From: an uncultured delta proteobacterium
Lineage (GTDB): Bacteria > Desulfobacterota > Binatia > Binatales > Binataceae
NCBI GenBank assembly: GCA_963808235.1
Contig: CAWEEQ010000004.1
Coordinates: forward strand, 1,920,001-1,984,000
Length of the DNA stretch: 64,000 bases
Direction of reading: 5' to 3'
Position 1 is the first letter of the stretch, and every line of letters starts with the position of its first letter. Under the pieces are notes generated by a model. It saw only the letters and a program-made list of their open reading frames with translations, searched no databases and was not told where the DNA came from. Below, in pieces: positions 40,313-50,163 of the stretch. The position numbers and the translations under genes are program-made.

Positions 40313-43084
40313 TCAGGGATGCGTGGCATCTGATGGGCTTGTCAGGTCGTCACCGAGTTTCTTCATCTCGGCGCCAAACTCCGACCAGTCTCCCGCGCGA
40401 ATGGCAGCGAGTGCGCGATTATAGTGTTGCGTCGCGCTCTGCATGTCGGCCTTCGGTGCGTTTTCTGCGGGCGGCTGCAAGCCCGGCTCCGTCGCGACTG
40501 CCTTGGCGATGGTCGGCGCGGGCGGCTGCTGATTCATGAACAACGCCGCCATCGTGAGGTCAAGCGTATCGCCCATAACGACTCGGTCGCTGTACGACGC
40601 GATCACCCGCTGCAACTCGGGCAACTGGCCGTTCTCCGCGCGAATAAACAACGGCTCGACGTATAAGAGCGAGTCCTGGATCGGGATAACGAGCAGGTTT
40701 CCGAGCAGGACTTTCGAACCCATCTGATTCCACAGCGAGAGCTGGCGGGAAATCTCCGGGTTCTGATTAATTCGCGCCTGGATCTGGTACGGACCGTAAA
40801 AGAGCCGATCTTTCGAGAACGAATATTCGAACAAATGGCCGTAGTCCGCGCCGTCGCATCGCGCCGCCATCCACGCGATCATGTTGTCGCGTCCGGACGG
40901 CACCATCGGGAGCATCAGCATGTACTCCGCTTGCTTCTCGCCGGGCAGGCGCATGATCACGTAGTAGGGCTGCATCGGGACCGTCTGCCCGGCATAGCTC
41001 TCACGCGGCGCGCCCCACAAATCTTCGCGGTTATAGAAAACCTGCGGGTCGATCATGTGATAGGTGCGGTAAGTATCGGCCTGGACCAGGAAAAAATCTT
41101 CGGGGTAGCGGATATGCGCGTGCAGATCGGGCGGCATCGCGGACATCGGCTTGAACATCGCGGGGAAGACGCGCTCCCAGGTCTGGACGATCGGATCCTC
41201 GGGGTCGGAGACATAGAAATCGGTATCGCCGGTGTACGAATCGACCACCACCTTGACTGAATTGCGGATGTAGTTGATCTGGTCGACGTTGCGCTGCGAG
41301 TACGGATACTGATCACTGACCGTGTAACAATCCAGGATCCAGACCATCCGGCCGTTGTGAATGACGGCGTAGGGATCGTGGTCGAGTTTCAGAAATGGCG
41401 CGATGTACGCGACTCGATCCGCGATATTGCGGCGCATCATGATCTTGCTGTTCTTTACGATATTCTCGGTGACCAGCAGATTGACGTCGCGGAAGTAGAT
41501 GCTGAACAGCAGGCGGCGCCACAAACCACTGACCGGCACGCCGCCCGAGCCGGCGTAATACGAGAACACGTTGTCCGCGCCCTTGGGGTAGTCGAATTCC
41601 GGAGTCGCCGAATTGACGACCGCGTAGTTGTCGCGCGCCTCGCCAAAGTAGACCGCGGGTTGATCGATCTTGAGGCCGACGTTCGATACCGCGGGGATAT
41701 CTTTCACATAGAAGACCGGCAGCCCTTCGGTGTCCTTCTTGTTCACCGGGCTCATCGCCAGGCCGGCGCCGTGGGTGAACTTGAGATGCTGATTCACCCA
41801 CGTCTGCGCGGTATCGGGCAATTGGTCGAGATTCATCTCGCGCGGCGAGAGCATCACCTCGGTGTACTTGCCCTGGATCCAGTAACGATCGATATCGACG
41901 TCGCGGAAATCGTAGTAGGTGCGGATTTCCTGCAACTGGCGATAAGTATCGATCAGCGGGCGAGGATCCCAGAGGCGGATATTCTTGACCGTCGCCGAAT
42001 CCTGATCGAGCGCCGCTTGGGTCAGAGTACCCTGCCCTGCGAATGGTTTCACATCGACGGTGTCGAGCTTGTATGCATGGCGGGTCATCGCGATATTTCG
42101 TTCGAGGTAGGGACGCTCGACGCGAAGCTCGTCGGGCTTCACCCACAGACGCTCGATCACCGGCTGGATAAGATTCATCACCAGCGCGGGTCCGAAGACC
42201 ACGACAAATGCGGCGACTGGAATCCTGAGCCCGCCCTCACGCGCATTCACGATGCACATCGCGGCCGCCCCGATCGCCAGCACGACCAGCACCCATAGTC
42301 CGGGCTGCCACAAAATTCGATCGACGTAGCGCAGTCCGAACACGACCCCGTCGGTATGCGTCAGCAGGTCGAACCGTCCGAGCCAGTAGCTCATCGCGCG
42401 CTGGAGGAAGAACAGTCCGAGCAGAACCGACAGTTGCGCGGCGGCGCCGGCGGTCACGCGCGGAGGAGACTCCTTGAAGTCGAGCGCTCCGCGAGCCCAA
42501 TAGACCGCGATCGCCATCGCCGCCGAGAGCACGACCAGCACCAGGAACAGATCGCGTATCTCCTGAAGCAGCGGCAGCGTGAAGATGTAGAAGCCGATGT
42601 CCTTGCCGAATGCCGGCTCGCGCAAGCCGAACGGCACGCCGTACATCGCCTTCAAGTAGGTGTCCCAACTAACGGCTTCGCCCTGGGCGACGAACAGCGC
42701 GAGCACGGCGGCGCCGCCCGCGACGATCACGCGCCATGGCACGCGCTCGCCAAGCGCGCGAATCAGCTCGGGCAGATTTATTTCGACCATCTCGTCGGGC
42801 CGCCGAACCACTCGCAGCCGCTCGCGATCGCGGCTGCTGCCAATCGCAATCAAGCCACTGACGAAGATTGCAGCGAACGCGACCAGCCATGCGATCAGGA
42901 AGATCGCGATCTCGGCGCCGACGGTGGTGTTGAAAACGCCTTTGTACCCGAGCGTGCCGTACCAGAGATAATCGACCAGCAGTTGATCGACCAGGCTCAA
43001 AGCCACCAGCGCGACGATGACGACTGCCGCCAGGCTTAAGACAATTGTTCGGGGGCGCATCAGTTTGGCTGGGCTATTCGCCAT
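40313..43084 (-). CDS. UPF0182 family membrane protein
   Basis: 923 aa; LWY..LGY..VF, DIGFY.F.LP, NIRLWDPRPL, YDF.DVDIDRY, NYIRNSVK, HIRYPED.F, GNLLVIP. Confidence 0.93.
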   Translation of the reverse strand: MANSPAKLMRPRTIVLSLAAVVIVALVALSLVDQLLVDYLWYGTLGYKGVFNTTVGAEIAIFLIAWLVAFAAIFVSGLIAIGSSRDRERLRVVRRPDEMVEINLPELIRALGERVPWRVIVAGGAAVLALFVAQGEAVSWDTYLKAMYGVPFGLREPAFGKDIGFYIFTLPLLQEIRDLFLVLVVLSAAMAIAVYWARGALDFKESPPRVTAGAAAQLSVLLGLFFLQRAMSYWLGRFDLLTHTDGVVFGLRYVDRILWQPGLWVLVVLAIGAAAMCIVNAREGGLRIPVAAFVVVFGPALVMNLIQPVIERLWVKPDELRVERPYLERNIAMTRHAYKLDTVDVKPFAGQGTLTQAALDQDSATVKNIRLWDPRPLIDTYRQLQEIRTYYDFRDVDIDRYWIQGKYTEVMLSPREMNLDQLPDTAQTWVNQHLKFTHGAGLAMSPVNKKDTEGLPVFYVKDIPAVSNVGLKIDQPAVYFGEARDNYAVVNSATPEFDYPKGADNVFSYYAGSGGVPVSGLWRRLLFSIYFRDVNLLVTENIVKNSKIMMRRNIADRVAYIAPFLKLDHDPYAVIHNGRMVWILDCYTVSDQYPYSQRNVDQINYIRNSVKVVVDSYTGDTDFYVSDPEDPIVQTWERVFPAMFKPMSAMPPDLHAHIRYPEDFFLVQADTYRTYHMIDPQVFYNREDLWGAPRESYAGQTVPMQPYYVIMRLPGEKQAEYMLMLPMVPSGRDNMIAWMAARCDGADYGHLFEYSFSKDRLFYGPYQIQARINQNPEISRQLSLWNQMGSKVLLGNLLVIPIQDSLLYVEPLFIRAENGQLPELQRVIASYSDRVVMGDTLDLTMAALFMNQQPPAPTIAKAVATEPGLQPPAENAPKADMQSATQHYNRALAAIRAGDWSEFGAEMKKLGDDLTSPSDATHP

Positions 43085-43385
43085 GCGCGATTTGGCTCAC
43101 GTGTTCGCGCACGACATCAGGCGGGCAGAGCCAGATGAAAACCTTTAGGGCGATGTACCCGACGAGAATCCAGTCGAGTTCGCCGATGATTGGAATCATG
43201 TCGAGTTCCAGCGCCGGCGGCGTCAGCATGATCAGCAGGCCCATCACCGGCACCATCTTGGCCAGTCCGGACACTCGCGGGTCGGTGATCAGCCGATAAA
43301 ACAATCGCACAAACTGCGGCAGGTAAATGACGAGCCGGCTCAGTTGAAGCGGGCCGAGGAGTTGCATGCGAAGCATTCGGAACAT
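43074..43385 (-). CDS. YkvA/DUF1232 family small membrane protein
   Basis: RL..DPRV..LAK and D.IPIIGELD motif; start uncertain. Confidence 0.78.
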   Translation of the reverse strand: MFRMLRMQLLGPLQLSRLVIYLPQFVRLFYRLITDPRVSGLAKMVPVMGLLIMLTPPALELDMIPIIGELDWILVGYIALKVFIWLCPPDVVREHVSQIAHGE

Positions 43386-43489
43386 CGGTGGCACCCGGTA
43401 GCACCATACTCTAGCACAGTGCGGCAGCAAAAATGACAAGCGTGGGTCGAAGCGCCGGCGCGAGCAAAAGTTCGCGTTGCATTAGTTTT

Positions 43490-43498
43490 TGTTACAAT
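43490..43498 (+). promoter_or_regulatory. Putative extended -10 promoter element of the ipdC-like operon
   Basis: TG-T-TACAAT in an AT-rich patch, upstream of the AAGGAGGA RBS and GTG 43525. Confidence 0.45.
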
Positions 43499-43524
43499 TA
43501 ACTTCGGTCAAGAAGGAGGACGCG

Positions 43525-45219
43525 GTGAAGAGGCATATGGCGCTGGGCGATTTCCTGGTCGCCTATCTGCGCAAGATCGGCGTGCAGCACGTTTTCGGCA
43601 TCCCCGGCGACCTCGCGCTCAAGCTGTTCTTTGCGCTGGGGCGCCCGCATGGGCTGGAGATCATCACGCTTTCGCATGAGCCGGGAGTAGGCTTCGCGGC
43701 CGACGGATATGCGCGCGCGACTGGACGAATCGGGGTCGCATGCGTCACCTACGGCGCCGGCGGCCACAACATGGTCAATCCGGTCGCCGGATCTTTCTCC
43801 GAGCGCGTGCCGATCCTGATTTTCTCCGGCGGTCCCGGCGAGGAAGAACGCAAACTCGGGACCTTGATCCATCACCAGGCCCGTGAGATCGAATCGCAAC
43901 ATCGCATCTACAAGGAAGTCACTTGCGCGTCGGCGGTGCTGACCGAGCCGCGCACCGCCGCGATGGAATTGCATCGCGTGGTGCGCGCCATCTGGGCCGA
44001 GCAGCGGCCGGGCTACATCGAGATACATCGCGACATGGTCGATCGACAGATCGAAGTTCCCGATGAATTAATCGAATGGGATGGGCACCTGCACTTCGAG
44101 GAATCCAACTCCCGAAAGGTTGAAGAAGCAGCGCGCGAGACCGCGGCGATGTTCAACGAGAGCCGCAAGCCGGTGCTGATCGCGGGTATCGAGATCCATC
44201 GCTTCAAGGCGTCGAAGGAGCTGGTGGACCTCGCGGAGCACATGGGCGCGCCGGTGTTTACCACGGTGCTCGGCAAGGGCGCGTTCCCGATGGACCATCC
44301 GCTTTACATGGGCGTGCACGTCGGTCCGATCAGTCCGCCGTCGATCGTCGCGCGTATGGACGAAGCCGACTTCGTGCTCAACCTCGGATGCCTGAAGACT
44401 GACATGAACTTCGGCAACCGGCCTCCGCACGTGATTCAGGGCAGGACGGTGTGGTCGGTCGATCGCAAGGTCGAGGTCAAGTATCACACCTACACCGACG
44501 TCGGCGTGCGCGATTTCGTACGCGGATTGCTGCGTGAGAAACTCAAGCTTCATCACGAGAAGGTCCATTACGCCGACAATCTTCGCGAAGTAGCCGCGCG
44601 CAATGGCAAGCCGGTGAAGGTCAGCGAGATCCTGGCGGTGGTCAACGAGTTCCTTGCCGACAAGCGCGAATACCTGGTGGTGGCCGAGTCAGGCGACATG
44701 CTGTTCGGCGGTCTGGATATCCGAGTGCCGCACGACGGCGGATACCTGGCGCAGGGATTTTACGCTTCGATGGGATTTGCGGTGCCGGCCGCGCTCGGCG
44801 CGCAAATCGGGAGCGGGCTCCGACCGCTGGTGCTGTGCGGCGACGGCGGCTTTCAGATGACCGGGCCGGAAATTTCGCAAGCGCCGGCCAAGGGCGCGAA
44901 TCCAATCGTGCTGGTGATCAACAACGGCGGATGGGGCATCTTCAGGCCCATCGCGGAGCGGCGCGAGTTGCTCGAGATACCGCCGTGGCCATATGCGCAA
45001 CTCGCGCGCGATTGGGGCGGCGCAGGATTCGAAGCGACCACGGCTGCGGAGCTGAAAGACGCGCTGCAGGCCGCGCACGACAACCAGTCGTTCGCGATAA
45101 TCGACGTGCGCGTCGAGCGTGACGATTTATCGCCGGTGACCGTGAAGTATATAAAGGCGGCGGCAAAACGCTCGCAGTCGCCGGCCGAGCGCGGCGCGCG
45201 CGGAAATTCGCGTATATGA
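43525..45219 (+). CDS. ipdC: ThDP-dependent 2-keto acid decarboxylase (indolepyruvate/phenylpyruvate decarboxylase family)
   Basis: FGIPGD, HEPGVGFAADGYAR, VTYGAG, LIHHQ, ThDP motif GDGGFQMTG...NNGGW. Confidence 0.82.
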   Translation: MKRHMALGDFLVAYLRKIGVQHVFGIPGDLALKLFFALGRPHGLEIITLSHEPGVGFAADGYARATGRIGVACVTYGAGGHNMVNPVAGSFSERVPILIFSGGPGEEERKLGTLIHHQAREIESQHRIYKEVTCASAVLTEPRTAAMELHRVVRAIWAEQRPGYIEIHRDMVDRQIEVPDELIEWDGHLHFEESNSRKVEEAARETAAMFNESRKPVLIAGIEIHRFKASKELVDLAEHMGAPVFTTVLGKGAFPMDHPLYMGVHVGPISPPSIVARMDEADFVLNLGCLKTDMNFGNRPPHVIQGRTVWSVDRKVEVKYHTYTDVGVRDFVRGLLREKLKLHHEKVHYADNLREVAARNGKPVKVSEILAVVNEFLADKREYLVVAESGDMLFGGLDIRVPHDGGYLAQGFYASMGFAVPAALGAQIGSGLRPLVLCGDGGFQMTGPEISQAPAKGANPIVLVINNGGWGIFRPIAERRELLEIPPWPYAQLARDWGGAGFEATTAAELKDALQAAHDNQSFAIIDVRVERDDLSPVTVKYIKAAAKRSQSPAERGARGNSRI

Positions 45220-45243
45220 TGATTTCTGGACGACTGACTACTG

Positions 45244-46872
45244 ATGGCTGACGACGACGCAATCGCAAAGTATCGCCTTGACTATAGTAACTTCAGGTGG
45301 GACGTGCCGGAGTTCTTCAACTTCGGCGCGACCATAGACAAGTTCGCGGAAGATCCTCGTCGCGTCGCGATTCTCTGGGAAGACTCGGAGGGCAGACGCG
45401 CGCGCTTAACATTCGCAGACATCGCGCAGCAGTCGTGCCGTATCGCAAACGTTCTGGCCGGTCTCGGAATCAAGCGCGGCGATCCGATACTGCTCGTGCT
45501 GCCGCGAATCACGCTTTGGCAAGCGGCTTATATCGGCGCGCTGCGCGTCGGCGCAATAGTAATCCCATGCACCTCGATGCTGCGGGAGAAGGACCTCGTC
45601 TATCGCGCGAACCATTCCGGCGCGCGCGCGATAATCTCCACCTTCGAGAACGCCACGATGGTCGCCGAGCTGCGCAAGCAGTGTCCCTCGATTGAGCATT
45701 ACCTGATCACGGGCGCCGCTCGCACCGGATGGAAAAGTCTGCAGGAGTGGATGCGCGAGGCGACCCCAACTTTCAAGACCGCTAATACCAGGTCGTCCGA
45801 GCCGGCGATTTGTTACTACACTTCCGGTACCACCAAGGAGCCCAAGGCCGTCCTCCATAGTCATGGCTATAGCTACAGCCATCGATTTACCGGGCTCAAC
45901 TGGCTCGACGTAAAGCCAGACGAAGTACATTGGACGACCTCCGACACCGGATGGGCGAAGGCCGCGTACGGAGTGATATTCGGGCCGTGGATGAATGGCG
46001 TGACGACGTTCATGTACAACGGGCGTTTCGATGCGCAAAAGGAACTGGAATTACTCAGTCGCTACGGAGTTGGCACCTTCTGCGCGCCGCCGACTGAGTA
46101 TCGGATGCTGATCAAGGAAGATCTGGAGAAATACAAGTTCCCGAAACTGCGGCATTGCACTGGCGCGGGCGAGCCGCTCAATCCCGAAGTGATCGAAGTA
46201 TGGCGCGAGCGGCTGGGGCATACGATCCACGACGGATATGGGCAGACCGAATCGATCATCCTGGCGGCCAATATACCGGGGATACCGGTCAAGCCCGGTT
46301 CGATGGGACTGCCGTTTCCCGGCCACGACGTTCGCGTAGTTGACAATACGATGAACGAAACGAAAGTCGATGAAATCGGGGAAGTCGCAGTGCGGGTTAA
46401 ACCGGAACGACCGCCGTCGCTGTTCCTCGAGTATTGGAAAAATGCGGAAGAGACCGCGAGCGTCTTTCGCGGCGATTGGTACCTGACCGGCGACCAGGCC
46501 ACGCGCGACGCCGACGGCTACCTATGGTTCGTCGGACGCGCCGACGACGTGATCATTTCGGGCGGTTACCGAATCGGCCCGTTCGAAGTCGAGAGTGCGT
46601 TGCTCGAGCATCCCGCGGTGATGGAATCGGCGGTGGTCGCGAGTCCCGACCCCGATCGCGGCTCAATCGTGAAAGCCTTCGTGAAGCTCAGGCCCGATGC
46701 GGAGCGCAGCTCGGCGCTGATCGTCGAGCTGCAGGAGCATTGCAAGCGAATCACGGCGCCGTACAAGTATCCGCGCGAGATCGAGTTCATCGACGAGTTG
46801 CCCAAGACAGTCAGCGGAAAAATCCGCCGCGTCGAACTACGCCGCCAGGAAGAATCGCGCAAAGGCAAGTGA
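45244..46872 (+). CDS. Medium-chain/aryl acyl-CoA synthetase (AMP-forming)
   Basis: YTSGTTKEPK, SDTGWAK, GAGEPLNPE, YGQTES, GRADD, LPKTVSGKIRR. Confidence 0.92.
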   Translation: MADDDAIAKYRLDYSNFRWDVPEFFNFGATIDKFAEDPRRVAILWEDSEGRRARLTFADIAQQSCRIANVLAGLGIKRGDPILLVLPRITLWQAAYIGALRVGAIVIPCTSMLREKDLVYRANHSGARAIISTFENATMVAELRKQCPSIEHYLITGAARTGWKSLQEWMREATPTFKTANTRSSEPAICYYTSGTTKEPKAVLHSHGYSYSHRFTGLNWLDVKPDEVHWTTSDTGWAKAAYGVIFGPWMNGVTTFMYNGRFDAQKELELLSRYGVGTFCAPPTEYRMLIKEDLEKYKFPKLRHCTGAGEPLNPEVIEVWRERLGHTIHDGYGQTESIILAANIPGIPVKPGSMGLPFPGHDVRVVDNTMNETKVDEIGEVAVRVKPERPPSLFLEYWKNAEETASVFRGDWYLTGDQATRDADGYLWFVGRADDVIISGGYRIGPFEVESALLEHPAVMESAVVASPDPDRGSIVKAFVKLRPDAERSSALIVELQEHCKRITAPYKYPREIEFIDELPKTVSGKIRRVELRRQEESRKGK

Positions 46873-46877
46873 GTCGT

Positions 46878-47612
46878 TTAGCGGGGCGAGGTTGGCGACG
46901 ATGCCGGTGCGGACGGAGTCGGCGAGGTGGCCGCTTCTGCCGCCTGCAACGGGAGGGCGGTGCGGAATTGCGGTTGGAGCATCAGGGAGCCGATTGCGCG
47001 AGAGAGCGCTACCGACAGAGATTCGGCTGGAAGGGTCTCTAGCGGGAGGAAGACTTCGGCGCCGACTGGCGTTGGCGGTTCGGTTTCCATTCCGGTGATC
47101 TCGCCTGTGTACAGCTCGGCGCCTTCGCGATTCTTAAGTTTAATCTTGGCGCGCACCACGGACTTCATCGAGAAGTACTGGCCATGAACGGTCTGCTCGT
47201 CGCCGAATCGCTTATTCACTTCGAGCTGCTCGAGGTCGGAGGTGAGGATGAAATCCGAACCCTCAGGCGGTTTCCCGTCGTTCGGGTTTGAGTCGAGCGC
47301 GATCGGGGTCAGACCCGCGCCCACGAGGCCTTTGATCAGCGCGTCGGTGAACGCGTGCGCGGGATCGGAGACGCTCAGCAGTTTCTCGGCGGTGCCGTCG
47401 GGCTTGTAGATCTTTCCCACATCGACGTGGCCGGAGGCGAGCGAACTCGTGGCCGGCGCCACGGCAATCTTTACCGGACGAAAGACATTCTGCGAACCGG
47501 GCACGAAGCCCGGCAGATAATGCAAATCTATTTGCGTGTTCGGGCGGCATCCTGAAAGCACGAGCGCGAGTGCGGCAATCGTGACACCTGCGATACCGCG
47601 CTTAGAGTTCAG
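46878..47612 (-). CDS. Lipoprotein with Ser/Thr/Pro-rich C-terminal tail, probable CTG start
   Basis: In-frame CTG at 47612 gives a full signal peptide (M)NSKRGIAGVTIAALALVLSG-C; C-terminus AATSPTPSAPASSPTSPR. Confidence 0.7.
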   Translation of the reverse strand: MNSKRGIAGVTIAALALVLSGCRPNTQIDLHYLPGFVPGSQNVFRPVKIAVAPATSSLASGHVDVGKIYKPDGTAEKLLSVSDPAHAFTDALIKGLVGAGLTPIALDSNPNDGKPPEGSDFILTSDLEQLEVNKRFGDEQTVHGQYFSMKSVVRAKIKLKNREGAELYTGEITGMETEPPTPVGAEVFLPLETLPAESLSVALSRAIGSLMLQPQFRTALPLQAAEAATSPTPSAPASSPTSPR

Positions 47613-48231
47613 GACGCGATACGACGGGATGGCGGCCTCTCCAATAAAATAGGAAAACCACGATTACGAAGAGGAATCCTGCGGCGCCAATCCATCGCGA
47701 CGCCTGATGCGCCACGGACGCGGCCCGGTACAACTCGTCGCCCACGAGATAGCCGACCGTCACCACCAGCGAGCACCAAACGATCGCGCCGAGCACGTTC
47801 CATCCGAGAAACTGAAAGAACGGCATCCCGCATGCGCCCGCCATCGGACCCGCCATAAATCTCGCGCCGGTGATGAAGCGCGCCATGAATACCGCCTTGC
47901 TGCCGTGAGTCTGAAAGAAGACTTGCAGGCGGTCGTAGCGCGTGCGCATAAACTCGAACCTGGAAGCCAGGCGAATCAGGAGCCGCTGGCCGCCGGTGCG
48001 CCCGATGATGTAGCCGCAGCAGTCGCCGGTGACTGCGCTCAGAATCACGACGACATAGACGAATCGCAAATCCAGGATGAAGCGGCCGGCAAGGAAGCCC
48101 GCGGCGAGCATCACCGTTTCCTCGGGCACGGGAATCCCGAGATTACCGATGAAGACGGAAATGAAGATCCCCAGATAGCCCCACGTCGCGAGCCACGCCG
48201 CGATTTTGGCGGGATCCGTCATCACGTGCAT
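47602..48231 (-). CDS. DedA family membrane protein
   Basis: GIPVPEET, GD..GYIIGR.GG, ARFITGAR, AGA..MPF..F. Confidence 0.93.
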   Translation of the reverse strand: MHVMTDPAKIAAWLATWGYLGIFISVFIGNLGIPVPEETVMLAAGFLAGRFILDLRFVYVVVILSAVTGDCCGYIIGRTGGQRLLIRLASRFEFMRTRYDRLQVFFQTHGSKAVFMARFITGARFMAGPMAGACGMPFFQFLGWNVLGAIVWCSLVVTVGYLVGDELYRAASVAHQASRWIGAAGFLFVIVVFLFYWRGRHPVVSRPEL

Positions 48232-48384
48232 CGGAAACTCGTTTGTCGCGAAGTCGGCTCCACTGCCTCCCCTGCCCTCGGCGCTCGCTAGCTTGCTGAT
48301 TGAGTCTGCCAGCGTAGAACGCTTTTGGCTAGTCAGGTGCTAAAATTGCGCGTTTCGGAGCGTCCACCGTGCGGGTGCACTCCG

Positions 48385-50163
48385 CTATGCAGCCGAATCG
48401 ATCGAAAGCGTCGATTCGGCAGTCCGACGGCGCTCCGTTCGCACCAGCACGATCGCGGCGAGAGTCGTTAGTAACGTGATCGCGAACCCGTAGAGCGCGG
48501 GCGAGGCCCGGTATCTTAGAACCACTTCACTCTTGCCAGCCGTAACCGGCACCGCGATTAATCCATCGTCCGAAGAGAATGCGCGGCCGCCGCCGGACAT
48601 GGTCTGCCACAAGGGATCGTAATTTTGATTGACGACCAGGACGGAGGCTGCCGGCGCGTCTACTTCGAAGCGCATTCCGTTTGGCGTCCACTTCTCGAGC
48701 CGCACCGTTCCGGGACCTTTGAGATATTGCTCACCCAGGTAGCCGGCATCGTTCCATCCTTTGGCCTCCGTCGGCCAGTCGGTGTACTGGTAGCAATTCA
48801 CAACCCCTTGATGATCCCGAATTACACTGGATTCGGCGAGTGCGGGGTCGCGCCGATCCTGGACAAAATCAGTCCGCACTGGATTGTGAGGGACTTCCCA
48901 CATCCACACGTAGTGCAAGTCAGGTTGACCGACGAGCATCAGATCGACGCCGCCAACGAGGATGAGAAAAGCGCAAACCGCGAGTGCGCCGGGCGATCCG
49001 CGACTGCACGCGTTGTCGATGCCCATCCCGGCCATCACTGCGACCATCAGCACGAATGGAATCAACAGGCGCGATGGCAAACGGGTCGAAGAAAAAAGCG
49101 GCATCCGGTGCAGCCATACGTACAGGGAGTTTGGACCGGTCCATCCTCGAGAAAGGTGGAAGAGGACGATCGCGGTGAGAATCCATGGCAGGGCCCTGCG
49201 CGGAGACATGAACCCGGCCAGCGCGATCACCGCGAATAAGCCGATGTATGCGCCTGATTCCCAGAAGCCCCACCCGTTCAAACTCGGTCGATCGTGATCC
49301 TGGTAGCGAGACAACAATGCACTATCCAGTGCATAGAAAGTGTTCGAGTACCCTACGTCGGTCGGGCGGGGATGCGACGCGATCACTTTCATCGCCGGCA
49401 AGCCCTTAACCGCGCCGAATCCAGCGGCAAAAACCACCGCGACAAATAGCGCGATCAACGGACGCGCACTCAGCTGCATCGCGGCTCGGCAAGCCAACAC
49501 CAGCGCGAGGGTCAGTCCTTCGAACAGCGGTGGATATGGGCTGCCCTCGAAGAAGCTTACTGCTATGAGCGCTCCGCACAGCGCCGCGTATCGAAGCCGT
49601 CCTCGCTCCGAGGCGGTCCACCCGGTCGCAATTATCCAGGGCAGGTACACGAAAATCATGATGACTAGATGGCCTGCGGAAGCGCGCAGATAAAACCACG
49701 AGCTCGCGGCAAACGCAGTGCCGATGCAGATTGCCGCGATGCGTCTCATTCCGAGCACTCGGCCCAGCACATAACCGCCGGACCAGGCGATCGCCTGGTA
49801 AATGAATACTTCGAGATGCAGGCCAACCACCGGGCCGAAGATCATCGTGAGAACGAACCATGGGGTCAGAAAATGCGACTGGGGATCGCCGAGCAGCGGC
49901 ATACCGCCGCATTCAAACGGATTCCAGAGCGGAATCTGATGGTATCGGCGGACCGCCCAATACGCGGCCCATTGAGAAGCAGAATTTAAATCCCAGTCGT
50001 CGAACGTACCCCCAGTCGTCAGATGGGCAATCAGCGGGAAACAGAAAATCAGTGCAAACGCAGTGCTCGCGACGGCAGTTATGATCGCCTCGCGCCGGGT
50101 GAAACGTCCGCGCTCGAGCAGGACCTCAGTCAAGTTTGCGAGGATCCGTTTCAGTTGGTTCAC
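48385..50163 (-). CDS. YfhO-like GT-C membrane glycosyltransferase
   Basis: DDWD, PLWNPFECGGMPLLGDPQS, AGH, R.PSR, C-terminal NQNYDPLW...GLIAVPV..G...VVLRY. Confidence 0.72.
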   Translation of the reverse strand: MNQLKRILANLTEVLLERGRFTRREAIITAVASTAFALIFCFPLIAHLTTGGTFDDWDLNSASQWAAYWAVRRYHQIPLWNPFECGGMPLLGDPQSHFLTPWFVLTMIFGPVVGLHLEVFIYQAIAWSGGYVLGRVLGMRRIAAICIGTAFAASSWFYLRASAGHLVIMIFVYLPWIIATGWTASERGRLRYAALCGALIAVSFFEGSPYPPLFEGLTLALVLACRAAMQLSARPLIALFVAVVFAAGFGAVKGLPAMKVIASHPRPTDVGYSNTFYALDSALLSRYQDHDRPSLNGWGFWESGAYIGLFAVIALAGFMSPRRALPWILTAIVLFHLSRGWTGPNSLYVWLHRMPLFSSTRLPSRLLIPFVLMVAVMAGMGIDNACSRGSPGALAVCAFLILVGGVDLMLVGQPDLHYVWMWEVPHNPVRTDFVQDRRDPALAESSVIRDHQGVVNCYQYTDWPTEAKGWNDAGYLGEQYLKGPGTVRLEKWTPNGMRFEVDAPAASVLVVNQNYDPLWQTMSGGGRAFSSDDGLIAVPVTAGKSEVVLRYRASPALYGFAITLLTTLAAIVLVRTERRRTAESTLSIDSAA

